Shown piece after piece: positions 9,072-17,969 of a DNA stretch of 64,000 nt; positions within the stretch are counted from its first letter, which is position 1, and each line of letters begins with the position of its first letter. The stretch comes from Candidatus Pelethousia sp. (GTDB lineage Bacteria > Bacillota > Clostridia > Christensenellales > CAG-138), in assembly GCA_034933245.1 (NCBI GenBank), contig JAYFNX010000016.1, forward strand, positions 4,005 to 68,004. Direction: 5' to 3'. The notes below the pieces were generated by a model, which was not told the origin of the DNA, did no database searches, and saw only the letters and a program-made list of their open reading frames with translations. Made by a program: the position numbers and the translations under genes.

Positions 9072-9145
9072 AGGGGCATGATGTAATGGTAACATAGCGG
9101 TCTCCAAAACCGTTCTTGAGGGTTCGAGTCCTTCTGCCCCTGCCA
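9072..9145 (+). tRNA. trnW: tRNA-Trp (anticodon CCA), encoded 3' CCA
   Basis: Hand-folded cloverleaf. Acceptor AGGGGCA/TGCCCCT, D stem ATGT/ACAT, anticodon stem GCGGT/ACCGT with loop CTCCAAA, T arm GAGGG-TTCGAGT-CCTTC, discriminator G plus CCA. 74 nt. Confidence 0.92.
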
Positions 9146-9154
9146 CAGAAAAAA

Positions 9155-9195
9155 AATCAGTAAATTTGCTTATAATTTACTGATTCTTTATTTTA
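9155..9195. terminator. Bidirectional rho-independent terminator (tRNA-Trp / P-type ATPase)
   Basis: 12-bp stem AATCAGTAAATT / AATTTACTGATT (9155-9166 / 9174-9185), flanked by an A-run upstream and CTTTATTTT downstream. Confidence 0.75.
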
Positions 9196-9214
9196 TATGT
9201 TCATGATTTATGCG

Positions 9215-11848
9215 TTACCATTTCTTTCTCCAGTTTCTCTGGAAAGCCTTTACCGTCTCTACAATGGGAACCACCAAGATGGCAAGGAATAAAGCGACCG
9301 CATATTCCAAGGCGCTAATATGCTCGAAACCAAAAGCGTCGGAGATACCCGGGAGATAAATAACGGCGGCCGTTAACAACAGGCTTAGCCCCATAGCGCC
9401 CCAAAGCACCCAGTTATGAGAGCCAAGGCGGAATATACTCCCCCGCTGGCTTCGCATATTAAAGCTGTGGAATATTTCCGCCATGCTCATGGTCAAAAAC
9501 GCCATGGTCATACCGTCGGGACTATTTGCGATTTCCCAAACGCCCGTCTCCAAAAAGTGCCCAATGAAGTAAGCCCCCAATGTCAGAAGAGATACCATAC
9601 AGCCCTGATAGAGCACATCAACGCCAAGCCCCCCGGCAAAAATCCCGTCTTCCGAACTGCGCGGCTGCCGGGCCATAAGATCCGGCTCGCCTTTCTCCAA
9701 CCCGAGAGCCAGGGCCGGGAAGCTATCCGTAATAAGGTTGATCCATAAAAGGTGTACGGGCTTTAAGATGATGAAGCCAAGGAGCGTGGCCAAGAACACG
9801 CTGAGCACCTCGCTCATATTGGCGCCTAGAAGAAATTGAATAGCCTTGCGTATATTGTCGTAGATTCTTCGGCCTTCCTCCACTGCGCCAACAATGGTGG
9901 CGAAATTATCATCCATCAATACCATATCCGCCACGTTCTTGGTAACATCCGTTCCTGTAATGCCCATGCCTACGCCAATGTCCGCGCTCTTGATGGAGGG
10001 AGCGTCATTTACGCCGTCCCCGGTCATGGCAGTGATGAATCCTTTTTTACGCCAAGCGTTTACAATACGCACCTTATGTTCGGGCTGAACGCGTGCATAT
10101 ACGCTATAATGTTCAATGGAATGTGCAAGCTCCTCATCGCTAAGCGTATTGAGCTGCGCGCCGGTAATCGCCTGGCTTGTCTCAAACAAAATCCCAAGCT
10201 CTTTGGCGATAGCAACCGCGGTATCGCGATGATCACCGGTAATCATCACCGGCCGGATGCCTGCCTGTTTACAAAGCTGAATCGCTTTCAGTACCTCGGG
10301 GCGAACGGGATCGATCATCCCCACAAGCCCCAGAAAGACCAGATTCTTTTCTAGTGAAGCAGGCGAAGTATCATCCGGAATTTCATCATAAAGCCGTTTC
10401 GCAGCGCATAAAACCCGCAGCGCCCGGTCCGCCATGGCCTTGTTTACGGAGAGAATCTCATCCCGCGCCTGATGGGTAAGCGGCAAAATCCGGCCGTCTT
10501 TTTCATAGGATACGCAACGTTTTAACACCTCATCCGGTGCGCCTTTTGTATATTGCACGAAGCCATCCGATGTTTTGTGCAGGGTGCTCATCATTTTGCG
10601 GAGGCTATCAAAAGGTGCTTCACCAATGCGTGGCATTTCCGCTTCCAGTGCGGGTTTGGACAGCCCTTCCTTTGTCGCCCAGTTTACCAGCGCACATTCC
10701 GTAGGCTCGCCAACGGCACCGCCGCTTTCGTCCGGAACTGCATCTGAACAAAGGGACATCGCACGGGCTACGGAATGGGATTTTCCATAACTTTCTACCA
10801 CGGTCATTTTGTTTTGGGTAAGCGTACCGGTCTTATCGCTGCAGATTACTTGCGCACAGCCAAGGGTTTCCACGGCGGTCAGACGACGGATAACGGCATT
10901 TCGCTTGGACATGTTTGTTACGCCGATGGATAGCACGATGGTTACAACTGCCGCCAGGCCTTCGGGTATGGCCGCTACGGCCAAGCTGACAGCTACCATG
11001 AAGGTATCAATCATCACATGCAAATGAAAATTTCCGGCCCGAAGCAACGCAACAACGAAGATAAAGGCACAGATGCCTAGCACAAGCCAGCTAAGTATCT
11101 TGCTTAGTTGGGATAGCTTGATTTGCAGCGGCGTTTTATTGTCCTCCGCTTGTGCCAAGACTCCGGCAATTTTCCCCATTTCCGTATCCATACCCGTGGC
11201 CACAATGACGGCGCGGCCACGGCCATAAACTACGGTGCTGCCCATGTAAGCCATGTTGCGCCTATCTCCTAAGGAGATATCCGAATCCGTTTCGCAAAAA
11301 AGCGTTTCTATGTTTTTGTCCACCGGTATGCTTTCGCCGGTAAGCGCCGCTTCCTCCATTTGAAGGCTGGCGGACTCAATGATCCGCGCATCAGCGGGCA
11401 CCGCATCGCCCGCTTCCAGCATGATTACATCGCCAACAACCAGCTCTTCGCTCTTCAACTGAAGGGCATTTCCATCCCGCAAAACTTTACTGGTGGCTGC
11501 CGTCATGGCCTGTAGGGCTTCAATGGACTTTTCCGCTTTGTTTTCCTGATATACCCCAAAAACAGCGTTGATAAGCACTACGAGCAGAATGATCACCACA
11601 TCCGCCATGCTTTCGCCACTATAGACGGCCGTTGCACCGGACACCGCGGCTGCGGCTATCAAAATTAAGATCATTGGATCTTTAAGCTGGCTGATGAACC
11701 GTTCAAATAACGTAGCCTTTTCGGCTGCTTTAAGCCTATTTCTTCCATTCTTTTCCAAGCGTGCCTCCGCCTCGCGAACGGATAGGCCGTTAGGCGTGCT
11801 TCCCTGCTTTTTCAGCACCTGTTCCACACTGGCTAAGTATGCCTTCAT
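9215..11848 (-). CDS. Cation-transporting P-type ATPase (P2, Ca2+-ATPase-like)
   Basis: 877 aa with TGES, DKTGTLT phosphorylation site, TGDHRDTA, GDGVNDAP and about 10 TM segments. Confidence 0.9.
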   Translation of the reverse strand: MKAYLASVEQVLKKQGSTPNGLSVREAEARLEKNGRNRLKAAEKATLFERFISQLKDPMILILIAAAAVSGATAVYSGESMADVVIILLVVLINAVFGVYQENKAEKSIEALQAMTAATSKVLRDGNALQLKSEELVVGDVIMLEAGDAVPADARIIESASLQMEEAALTGESIPVDKNIETLFCETDSDISLGDRRNMAYMGSTVVYGRGRAVIVATGMDTEMGKIAGVLAQAEDNKTPLQIKLSQLSKILSWLVLGICAFIFVVALLRAGNFHLHVMIDTFMVAVSLAVAAIPEGLAAVVTIVLSIGVTNMSKRNAVIRRLTAVETLGCAQVICSDKTGTLTQNKMTVVESYGKSHSVARAMSLCSDAVPDESGGAVGEPTECALVNWATKEGLSKPALEAEMPRIGEAPFDSLRKMMSTLHKTSDGFVQYTKGAPDEVLKRCVSYEKDGRILPLTHQARDEILSVNKAMADRALRVLCAAKRLYDEIPDDTSPASLEKNLVFLGLVGMIDPVRPEVLKAIQLCKQAGIRPVMITGDHRDTAVAIAKELGILFETSQAITGAQLNTLSDEELAHSIEHYSVYARVQPEHKVRIVNAWRKKGFITAMTGDGVNDAPSIKSADIGVGMGITGTDVTKNVADMVLMDDNFATIVGAVEEGRRIYDNIRKAIQFLLGANMSEVLSVFLATLLGFIILKPVHLLWINLITDSFPALALGLEKGEPDLMARQPRSSEDGIFAGGLGVDVLYQGCMVSLLTLGAYFIGHFLETGVWEIANSPDGMTMAFLTMSMAEIFHSFNMRSQRGSIFRLGSHNWVLWGAMGLSLLLTAAVIYLPGISDAFGFEHISALEYAVALFLAILVVPIVETVKAFQRNWRKKW

Positions 11849-11914
11849 TCGAATCTCTCTTCTCCTTCTCCCATATTCCCATGGTTTCCTTGCCTATCTT
11901 ATCCGCCATCATAT

Positions 11915-11950
11915 AAAAAACGAGGCCTATCTGTCCGCCAGATACGTCTC
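11915..11950 (-). terminator. Terminator-like hairpin plus U6 inside the ATPase 5' leader (candidate attenuator)
   Basis: - strand RNA GAGACGUAUCUGGCGGACAGAUAGGCCUC followed by GUUUUUU, about 65 nt upstream of the ATPase ATG. Confidence 0.5.
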
Positions 11951-12048
11951 ATCATTTAATATAAAGCCAGAGAGTATCTAAGCTCTCGGTCGTTGGCCTT
12001 ATTACGGACAAGATAGCTATGCCCGCCGATTACTCCCTTATTATTTTA

Positions 12049-12077
12049 ATCATAGCATACTGATTCTAGCAATGCAA
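12049..12077 (-). promoter_or_regulatory. Candidate sigma-A promoter of the ATPase leader
   Basis: On the - strand, TTGCAT (12077-12072), 17-nt spacer, TATGAT (12054-12049). Confidence 0.5.
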
Positions 12078-12104
12078 GGGATTCCAACCGCAATTGGGAA
12101 TCCC
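12078..12104 (-). terminator. Hairpin downstream of the dipeptidase gene
   Basis: GGGATTCC ... GGAATCCC 8-bp stem. The U-tract on the - strand is weak. Confidence 0.4.
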
Positions 12105-12140
12105 GCTGGAGAATCCATTCGAGCAGCAATGCTTTAACCT

Positions 12141-13076
12141 TTAAATAAACTGTAGAATGTAATCGTGCAGGTTATCATAGGCAATCCGGTGGATCTCCGC
12201 ATCAGAAAAGCCCGCTTCCGCGAGGGACGAAAGAAGGACGGGCAGATCCGATTGCTTTTTTAAATCCGCAGGATAGGTGCACATCCCATCGAAATCCGAC
12301 CCCAGAGCCACATGTTCTACCCCTGCAATAGACGCAATATGCGCGATATGCCGCGTTACATCCGAAGCGGAAGCTTCTTTTCCATCCCCCCGAAGCTGCG
12401 GAGGATAGTAGTTTACGCAGATAACCCCGCCGCCCTGGGAGATTTCTCGAATATGCGCATCACATAGAGAACGTTTATGCGGGCAAATCGCTCTTGAATT
12501 AGAATGAGAGGCAAGAATCGGTTTGTCGGTAGAGGAAAGAACTTCCGAGATACCTGCATCGCTCAAATGGGCTACATCCAAGGCCATGCCGATACGGTGC
12601 ATTTCTTTTACCACCCGGCGTCCCAATGACGTAAGCCCCTTGTTCATCCGGCGCATAGCAGGCGAAGCCAGTTCATTGCTAAAATTCCAAGTAAGGGTCA
12701 TAGCGCGTGCGCCTAACCTATGGAACATCCGCAAAACCTCCAGGCTCCCTTCGATGGCCTCGCCTCCCTCAATGGTAAGGACCGTAGCGATGGCCCCGTC
12801 TCCGGGATTAAATTCCTTCGTAAGGGGGACTAAGACGCCCTCGCTTTCCTCCAGCATCCGCCAATAGGCGTCAACCAAGGATAGGCACTGGGACATGCAG
12901 CTCATCTTCAGGTCCGCATCCACCCAAGCGGCGAAAAATTGCAGAGCTACGTTGGCGGTACGCATATAAGGCAAAGCTACAGCTTGGCGCCCTTTGGGAG
13001 CGAATAGACTCCATGCATCGTTATACATATAATAAAGAAAGTCGCAGTGTGCATCCGCAATGGGGCATCCTTCCAT
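12141..13076 (-). CDS. Membrane (renal-type) dipeptidase, peptidase M19 family
   Basis: IADAHCDFL N-terminal motif, HLSD, ASHSNSR, GSDFDG. ATG at 13076 has AAGGAAG upstream. An alternative ATG exists at 13118. Confidence 0.85.
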   Translation of the reverse strand: MEGCPIADAHCDFLYYMYNDAWSLFAPKGRQAVALPYMRTANVALQFFAAWVDADLKMSCMSQCLSLVDAYWRMLEESEGVLVPLTKEFNPGDGAIATVLTIEGGEAIEGSLEVLRMFHRLGARAMTLTWNFSNELASPAMRRMNKGLTSLGRRVVKEMHRIGMALDVAHLSDAGISEVLSSTDKPILASHSNSRAICPHKRSLCDAHIREISQGGGVICVNYYPPQLRGDGKEASASDVTRHIAHIASIAGVEHVALGSDFDGMCTYPADLKKQSDLPVLLSSLAEAGFSDAEIHRIAYDNLHDYILQFI

Positions 13077-13145
13077 GATGAGCTTCCTTTCCAAAAACAA
13101 GGATATGCAATGCAGCATATCCTTGCGCTTGTAGCCTAACCATTT

Positions 13146-14690
13146 TTATTTGGCAAATTCAACTGCCCTGGTTTCCCGGATTACGTTAATCTTGATTTGA
13201 CCAGGATATTCGAGCTCCGTTTCAATACGCTTCACAATCTCTTTCGCCATAAGAATGGTGTCTGCATCGTTCACGGTTTCAGGCTTAACCAAAATCCGTA
13301 CTTCCCGACCCGCCTGAATAGCAAAGGATTTATCTACGCCTTCAAAAGAATTGGCGATCTCCTCCAACTTTTCGAGCCGCTTGATGTAATTCTCCAATGT
13401 CTCCCGGCGTGCGCCCGGACGAGCGGCTGAAATAGCGTCCGCGGCTTGCACGAGAACGGCCTCTACCGTGCTGGGCTCCACATCGCCATGGTGGGCCTGA
13501 ATGGCATGAATGACCTGATTATTTTCCCGGTACTTTTTAGCTAAATCGGCACCGATTTGTGCGTGGGGGCCCTCGATCTCATGATCCACTGCCTTGCCAA
13601 TATCATGGAGCAAGCCGGCCCGCTTGGCGAGTGCGGTGTTTGCACCAATCTCGGCGGCCATAATACCGGCCAGATGTGAAACCTCAATGGAATGCTTAAG
13701 CACATTCTGGCCATAACTGGTGCGGTAACGCAAACGGCCGAGAAGCTTGACAAGCTCATGATGCAGCCCATGAATGCCGACTTGGAAGATGGCTTGCTCG
13801 CCTGCCTCCCGAATCTGCGTATCCACTTCTTTCCGAGCCTTTTCCACCATTTCTTCAATACGAGCAGGATGGATCCGGCCATCCATAATGAGTTTTTCCA
13901 GCGCGATGCGGGCAACTTCCCGGCGAACCGGATCAAAGCCAGACAGGATGACAGCTTCCGGCGTATCGTCGATGATCAGGTCCACGCCGGTGGCAGTTTC
14001 CAAGGTGCGGATATTTCGGCCTTCTCGGCCGATAATGCGGCCTTTCATTTCATCGTTGGGCAGAGGCACGACGGATACCGTGGTTTCCGCCACATGGTCT
14101 GCGGCACAGCGCTGAACAGCCAAAGAGATAATATTTCGGGCTCGTTTTTCCGCCTCTTCTTTTGTTTTCGCCTCGATATCACGGAGCATCAGTGCCGCAT
14201 CATGACGGGCTTCCCGCTCCACATTCCCCAAAAGAATCTCCCTTGCCTCGTCCATTGACAAACCGGAGATCGTTTCGAGTTCCTGTAGTTGCCGATCGTG
14301 GAGTTCCTTTGCAGTAGTCTCCATAGCCTCGGCTTCTTTAAATTTGTCATTAAGGGCAACCTCGCGCAGCTCAATGCCATCCAGCTTTTTATCCAACATC
14401 TCTTCCCGCTGGACAAGGCGCCGTTCGGAGCGCTGAAGTTCATTGCGCCTGTCACGCAAGTCCTTTTCATTTTCGCTCTTGATCTTATAGGCCTCTTCCT
14501 TCGCCTCAAGTATGGTTTCTTTTTTAATGGTCTCCGCGCGCTTTTGCGCATCGTCTATCATTCTTTTAACAGCGTCCTCCGCTTTGGCCACCTTGGCCTC
14601 CGCGATATTACGCCGATAAGTATAACCAGCAAAGATACCTACAGCCAAGCACAAAACCCCGATAATAATCGGGAGCAATATATTTCCCAC
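13146..14690 (-). CDS. rny: Ribonuclease Y
   Basis: N-terminal TM helix, coiled coil, KH domain ([12 protein letters not shown]), HD domain (LLHDIGK). GTG start is preceded by GGAGGTG. Confidence 0.95.
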   Translation of the reverse strand: MGNILLPIIIGVLCLAVGIFAGYTYRRNIAEAKVAKAEDAVKRMIDDAQKRAETIKKETILEAKEEAYKIKSENEKDLRDRRNELQRSERRLVQREEMLDKKLDGIELREVALNDKFKEAEAMETTAKELHDRQLQELETISGLSMDEAREILLGNVEREARHDAALMLRDIEAKTKEEAEKRARNIISLAVQRCAADHVAETTVSVVPLPNDEMKGRIIGREGRNIRTLETATGVDLIIDDTPEAVILSGFDPVRREVARIALEKLIMDGRIHPARIEEMVEKARKEVDTQIREAGEQAIFQVGIHGLHHELVKLLGRLRYRTSYGQNVLKHSIEVSHLAGIMAAEIGANTALAKRAGLLHDIGKAVDHEIEGPHAQIGADLAKKYRENNQVIHAIQAHHGDVEPSTVEAVLVQAADAISAARPGARRETLENYIKRLEKLEEIANSFEGVDKSFAIQAGREVRILVKPETVNDADTILMAKEIVKRIETELEYPGQIKINVIRETRAVEFAK

Positions 14691-14827
14691 GATTTGTACG
14701 CACCTCCAAATTATTAAAAACTCTCATTTGCAATATCGCCTTGAGCATATAGCTATTCAGCATGCATGGACAAAATTTCATAAAATTATTTTCATGAAAT
14801 TACATACCGATATAATTACTCATACCG

Positions 14828-14856
14828 ATTTTAACCTGTTTAAATGTAAAAGTCAA
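14828..14856 (-). promoter_or_regulatory. Candidate sigma-A promoter for rny
   Basis: On the - strand, TTGACT (14856-14851), 17-nt spacer, TAAAAT (14833-14828). Leaves a leader of about 130 nt. Confidence 0.55.
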
Positions 14857-14931
14857 GAAAATCGCTATGGACCTCCTTGACTTTTTTGCCTAAAATACAG
14901 GGGCTCTATCCAAATCTACTTCAAAAGATTT

Positions 14932-16026
14932 TTATTCTTCTTCGTCCTTGCTTGCCTTCGTTGTAGCTTTCGAGTCTTTATCTGCCGCGGCCTTGCTTGC
15001 CTTTGTTGTATCTTTCGAGTCTTTATCTGCCGCTTTGAGTTTAGCTGCCAGTGCGGCGCGTAGCTTTGCCTCTATTTCAGCGCAAAGTTCTTTGTTATCC
15101 TTTAGGAATAGGCGCGCATTGTCCCGGCCTTGGGCCATGCGCATATCTCCATAAGAGTACCATGCCCCTGTTTTGGAAACGATCTTATTATCGACGGCCA
15201 TATCCAAAATGCTGCTCTCATTTGAAACGCCTTCCCCGTAAATAATATCAAATTCAGCCTGCTTAAAAGGCGGTGCGACCTTGTTTTTAACCACTTTGAT
15301 GCGCGTACGGTTGCCCACAATATCGGTCCCATTTTTTATGGTATCAATTTTGCGCACATCCAAGCGAACGGAAGCGTAAAACTTGAGCGCCTTGCCGCCT
15401 GTAGTGGTTTCCGGGTTGCCGAACATCACGCCCACCTTCTCGCGCAGTTGGTTTATGAAGATGACGATGGTGTTGGATTTGCTGATCACGCCAGCCAACT
15501 TGCGCAGGGCCTGGCTCATCAGCCGGGCCTGCAGACCAACATGGGAGTCTCCCATGTCCCCCTCTATCTCAGCTTTGGGGACCAGTGCAGCCACCGAGTC
15601 AATAACAACCACATCTATGGCGCCGCTGCGCACCAGCGCTTCCGCGATATCCAAAGCTTGTTCGCCCGTATCCGGCTGGGAAACATAAAGGTCGTCCACC
15701 TTTACGCCCAAATTTTCCGCATAGACGGGATCCAGCGCATGCTCTGCATCAATAAAAGCCGCGGTACCACCCTGCTTTTGCGCCTCCGCAATAGCATGCA
15801 GCGCAATGGTGGTTTTACCGGAGGATTCAGGACCATATATCTCAATGATTCTACCCCGGGGCAGCCCGCCCACGCCTAAGGCAAAATCCAAGGCAAGACA
15901 GCCGGAAGGAATGGTGGAAACGGTAATTTTGGCGGCAGCATCACCCAGTTTCATGACAGCGCCTTTGCCAAATTGCTTTTCAATCTGACTGAGGGCCATC
16001 TCCAGTGCTTTTTCTTTTTCCATCAT
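14932..16026 (-). CDS. recA: Recombinase RecA with an extended repetitive C-terminal tail
   Basis: Walker [11 protein letters not shown]1/L2 loop regions, 364 aa. AAGGAG lies upstream of ATGATG. Confidence 0.97.
   Translation of the reverse strand: MMEKEKALEMALSQIEKQFGKGAVMKLGDAAAKITVSTIPSGCLALDFALGVGGLPRGRIIEIYGPESSGKTTIALHAIAEAQKQGGTAAFIDAEHALDPVYAENLGVKVDDLYVSQPDTGEQALDIAEALVRSGAIDVVVIDSVAALVPKAEIEGDMGDSHVGLQARLMSQALRKLAGVISKSNTIVIFINQLREKVGVMFGNPETTTGGKALKFYASVRLDVRKIDTIKNGTDIVGNRTRIKVVKNKVAPPFKQAEFDIIYGEGVSNESSILDMAVDNKIVSKTGAWYSYGDMRMAQGRDNARLFLKDNKELCAEIEAKLRAALAAKLKAADKDSKDTTKASKAAADKDSKATTKASKDEEE
14946..15035. repeat. 45-bp tandem duplication (2 copies) in the recA 3' end
   Basis: Units 14946-14990 and 14991-15035 differ at about 4 of 45 positions. 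They encode AADKDSK(D/A)TTKASK twice. Confidence 0.9.
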
Positions 16027-16063
16027 AAGATATAGGCTCCTTTGCTCATGTTACATACACATT

Positions 16064-16077
16064 GTAACATTTGTTCG
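16064..16077. promoter_or_regulatory. LexA (SOS) box upstream of recA
   Basis: The - strand reads CGAACAAATGTTAC, matching CGAAC-N4-GTTnC, 38-51 nt upstream of the recA ATG. Confidence 0.75.
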
Positions 16078-16079
16078 GT

Positions 16080-17339
16080 TTATTTGCACGTATTATTTTT
16101 GCTATTTTCCATTTGACGGCGCAACATATCCAGCGCTTCCAAAACCCCAAGATTGCGAATGCGCTCCCTGTTCCCAACCAACCGCAGTTCATGAACCGCT
16201 TCCCCGCCTGCATAGGAAAGGGCGATGTAGGCTAATCCCACGGGTTTTTGCGGTGTGCCGCCATCGGGTCCGGCAATACCCGTAGTAGAAAGAGCAAAAT
16301 CCGCGCCTGAAGAAGCCCGCATGCCACGAGCCATCTCCAACGCCGTTTCCGGGCTTATGGCGCCGTAGGTGGATAGGATGTCCGATGAAACGCCCAATCG
16401 CCGTATTTTGGCTCCGTTTGAATAGGTTGTACAGCCTTCCAGCATCCAAGCAGAGCTTCCCGGAACGGAAATAAGCGTGGAGGCCAACAAACCGCCTGTA
16501 AAGCTTTCTGCTACCGCCAAGGTTTTCCCATGGGAAGATAGAAGCGCAGCGCATACTTCCTGGAGCTGCTCACCATGGGTGGAGTAAACCACATCCCCAA
16601 GCCTTTGACAAATGGCGCGGATAACGGGTTCCGCGAGCGCCTCCCCATCCTGATTGTCCTTACAGCGCGCGGTTATGCGCAGGGTTGTTTCCCCTGTCAT
16701 GGCGTAAGGGGCTATGGTGGGGTTTGTCTGCGCGTCTATCAAATCACGAAGCCTATCTTCCACGGCGGATTCCCCCATGCCGTAAATCCTGAGGATACGG
16801 GAATAGAGCTTACCGTGGGTTTTGCGCAGGAGATAGGGCATAACCGAGTCATCAAACATGGGGACCATTTCCTTTGGGGGGCCAGGCAGCAGAATAACCG
16901 CTTTGCCCTGCTTTTCAAGGATGCAGCCCGGCGCTGTGCCATTTGCATTGGGCAGGATGGTGGCTTCCTTTGGGAACATGGCCTGCTTGCGGTTATTTGC
17001 AGTCATAATCCTATGCATATGAGAGAAACGCTTTTCCATAGCCTCATAGCTGCCCTGGTCCAAGACGAAATCCCGATAACCCATCACGTCCGCGGCCGTC
17101 TCTTTTGTCAGGTCGTCCTCGGTAGGCCCTAGCCCGCCTGTAAGGATAACCAAGTCCGCTCGTTCTACCGCCGTACGGATGGTATCGTAGAGGCGGCCAT
17201 GGTTGTCGCCCACGGTCACCCGAAAATATTGATTGATCCCCGCTTCCGCCAGACGCTGGGAGATATACTGCGCGTTTGTATCTACAATCTGCCCCATGAG
17301 CAATTCTGTGCCCACGGAAATGATCTCTGCCGTCAACAT
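16080..17339 (-). CDS. cinA: Competence/damage-inducible protein CinA (NMN amidohydrolase family)
   Basis: N-terminal MoCF-type domain (AEIISVGTELLMGQIVDTN) plus a CinA/PncC C-terminal domain. Conserved position upstream of recA. Confidence 0.9.
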   Translation of the reverse strand: MLTAEIISVGTELLMGQIVDTNAQYISQRLAEAGINQYFRVTVGDNHGRLYDTIRTAVERADLVILTGGLGPTEDDLTKETAADVMGYRDFVLDQGSYEAMEKRFSHMHRIMTANNRKQAMFPKEATILPNANGTAPGCILEKQGKAVILLPGPPKEMVPMFDDSVMPYLLRKTHGKLYSRILRIYGMGESAVEDRLRDLIDAQTNPTIAPYAMTGETTLRITARCKDNQDGEALAEPVIRAICQRLGDVVYSTHGEQLQEVCAALLSSHGKTLAVAESFTGGLLASTLISVPGSSAWMLEGCTTYSNGAKIRRLGVSSDILSTYGAISPETALEMARGMRASSGADFALSTTGIAGPDGGTPQKPVGLAYIALSYAGGEAVHELRLVGNRERIRNLGVLEALDMLRRQMENSKNNTCK

Positions 17340-17376
17340 GCTTGTTATTCCTGCTTTCCTAAATTAGCAACCCAGC

Positions 17377-17928
17377 TTATTCCAAGCTGATCGTATCTTT
17401 ATTCTTTATCACATAATCCACGCCGGATACAACCGTAAAGAACACGGAGATCCACATAACCACCATATCCAAGGGAAAGCCCACCAAACGAAGGGTCAGA
17501 TCATGCAGCAATACCATGGTGATGGCTACAAACTGGGAAACGGTCTTCACCTTTCCCATCCAGCTGGCGGCGATGACAACCCCTTTTTCAACAGCTACCA
17601 GGCGGAAGCCGCTAATAAAAAGCTCCCGGGCCACAATAATAATGGTGGCAATCGGGTTGAGCATATCCACGGCGGTAAGCATGACAAGGGCGCTTACGGA
17701 AAGAAGCTTATCCGCCATGGGGTCCATAAGCTTGCCAAAATCAGTGATCAGATTTCGTTTACGGGCAATTTGCCCATCCAGCATATCCGTAAAATAGGCC
17801 AACACAAAAATTACGGCAGCTGCATAACTCCACCAGCTTACGTTTAAATAAAAACAGACGATCAGGAGCGGCACCATGGCGATGCGCAGGAGCGTAAGTT
17901 TATTGGGCAGATTTATCTTTTTTAGCAT
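17377..17928 (-). CDS. pgsA: CDP-diacylglycerol--glycerol-3-phosphate 3-phosphatidyltransferase
   Basis: CDP-alcohol transferase motif DMLDGQIARK..TDFGKLMDPMADK. ATG at 17928. The track start at 17988 is a TTG inside rimO. Confidence 0.9.
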   Translation of the reverse strand: MLKKINLPNKLTLLRIAMVPLLIVCFYLNVSWWSYAAAVIFVLAYFTDMLDGQIARKRNLITDFGKLMDPMADKLLSVSALVMLTAVDMLNPIATIIIVARELFISGFRLVAVEKGVVIAASWMGKVKTVSQFVAITMVLLHDLTLRLVGFPLDMVVMWISVFFTVVSGVDYVIKNKDTISLE

Positions 17929-17969
17929 AGACGATGTAGCACTCCCTTTTCGTATAGTTTGTTCGATAC

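Noticed and set aside
11849-11960. Small upstream ORFs in the ATPase leader (an 18-codon ORF starting ATGATGAGACGT, and a 39-codon ORF starting ATGGCGGAT that overlaps the ATPase start) as leader peptides.
   Set aside because: Neither has a Shine-Dalgarno sequence, and neither shows a codon pattern suggesting regulatory stalling.
11849-12048. The ATPase leader as a yybP-ykoY (Mn2+) riboswitch, because of GGGAGUAA near its 5' end and GAUGAGAC further downstream. P-type ATPases are known targets of that class.
   Set aside because: I could not form the required P1 pairing between the sequences flanking the two motifs, and there is no room for the P4 hairpin. The resemblance is limited to short purine motifs. 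It is kept only as an unclassified attenuator candidate.
7340-13140. An integrase near a tRNA gene could mark a tRNA-targeted genomic island (recombinase, rnhA, tRNA-Trp, ATPase, dipeptidase).
   Set aside because: The recombinase lies on the 5' side of the tRNA, separated from it by rnhA. By eye I found no direct repeat of the tRNA 3' end. There are no phage, conjugation or transposon genes, and the flanking genes are housekeeping. The tRNA has its own consensus promoter and terminator.
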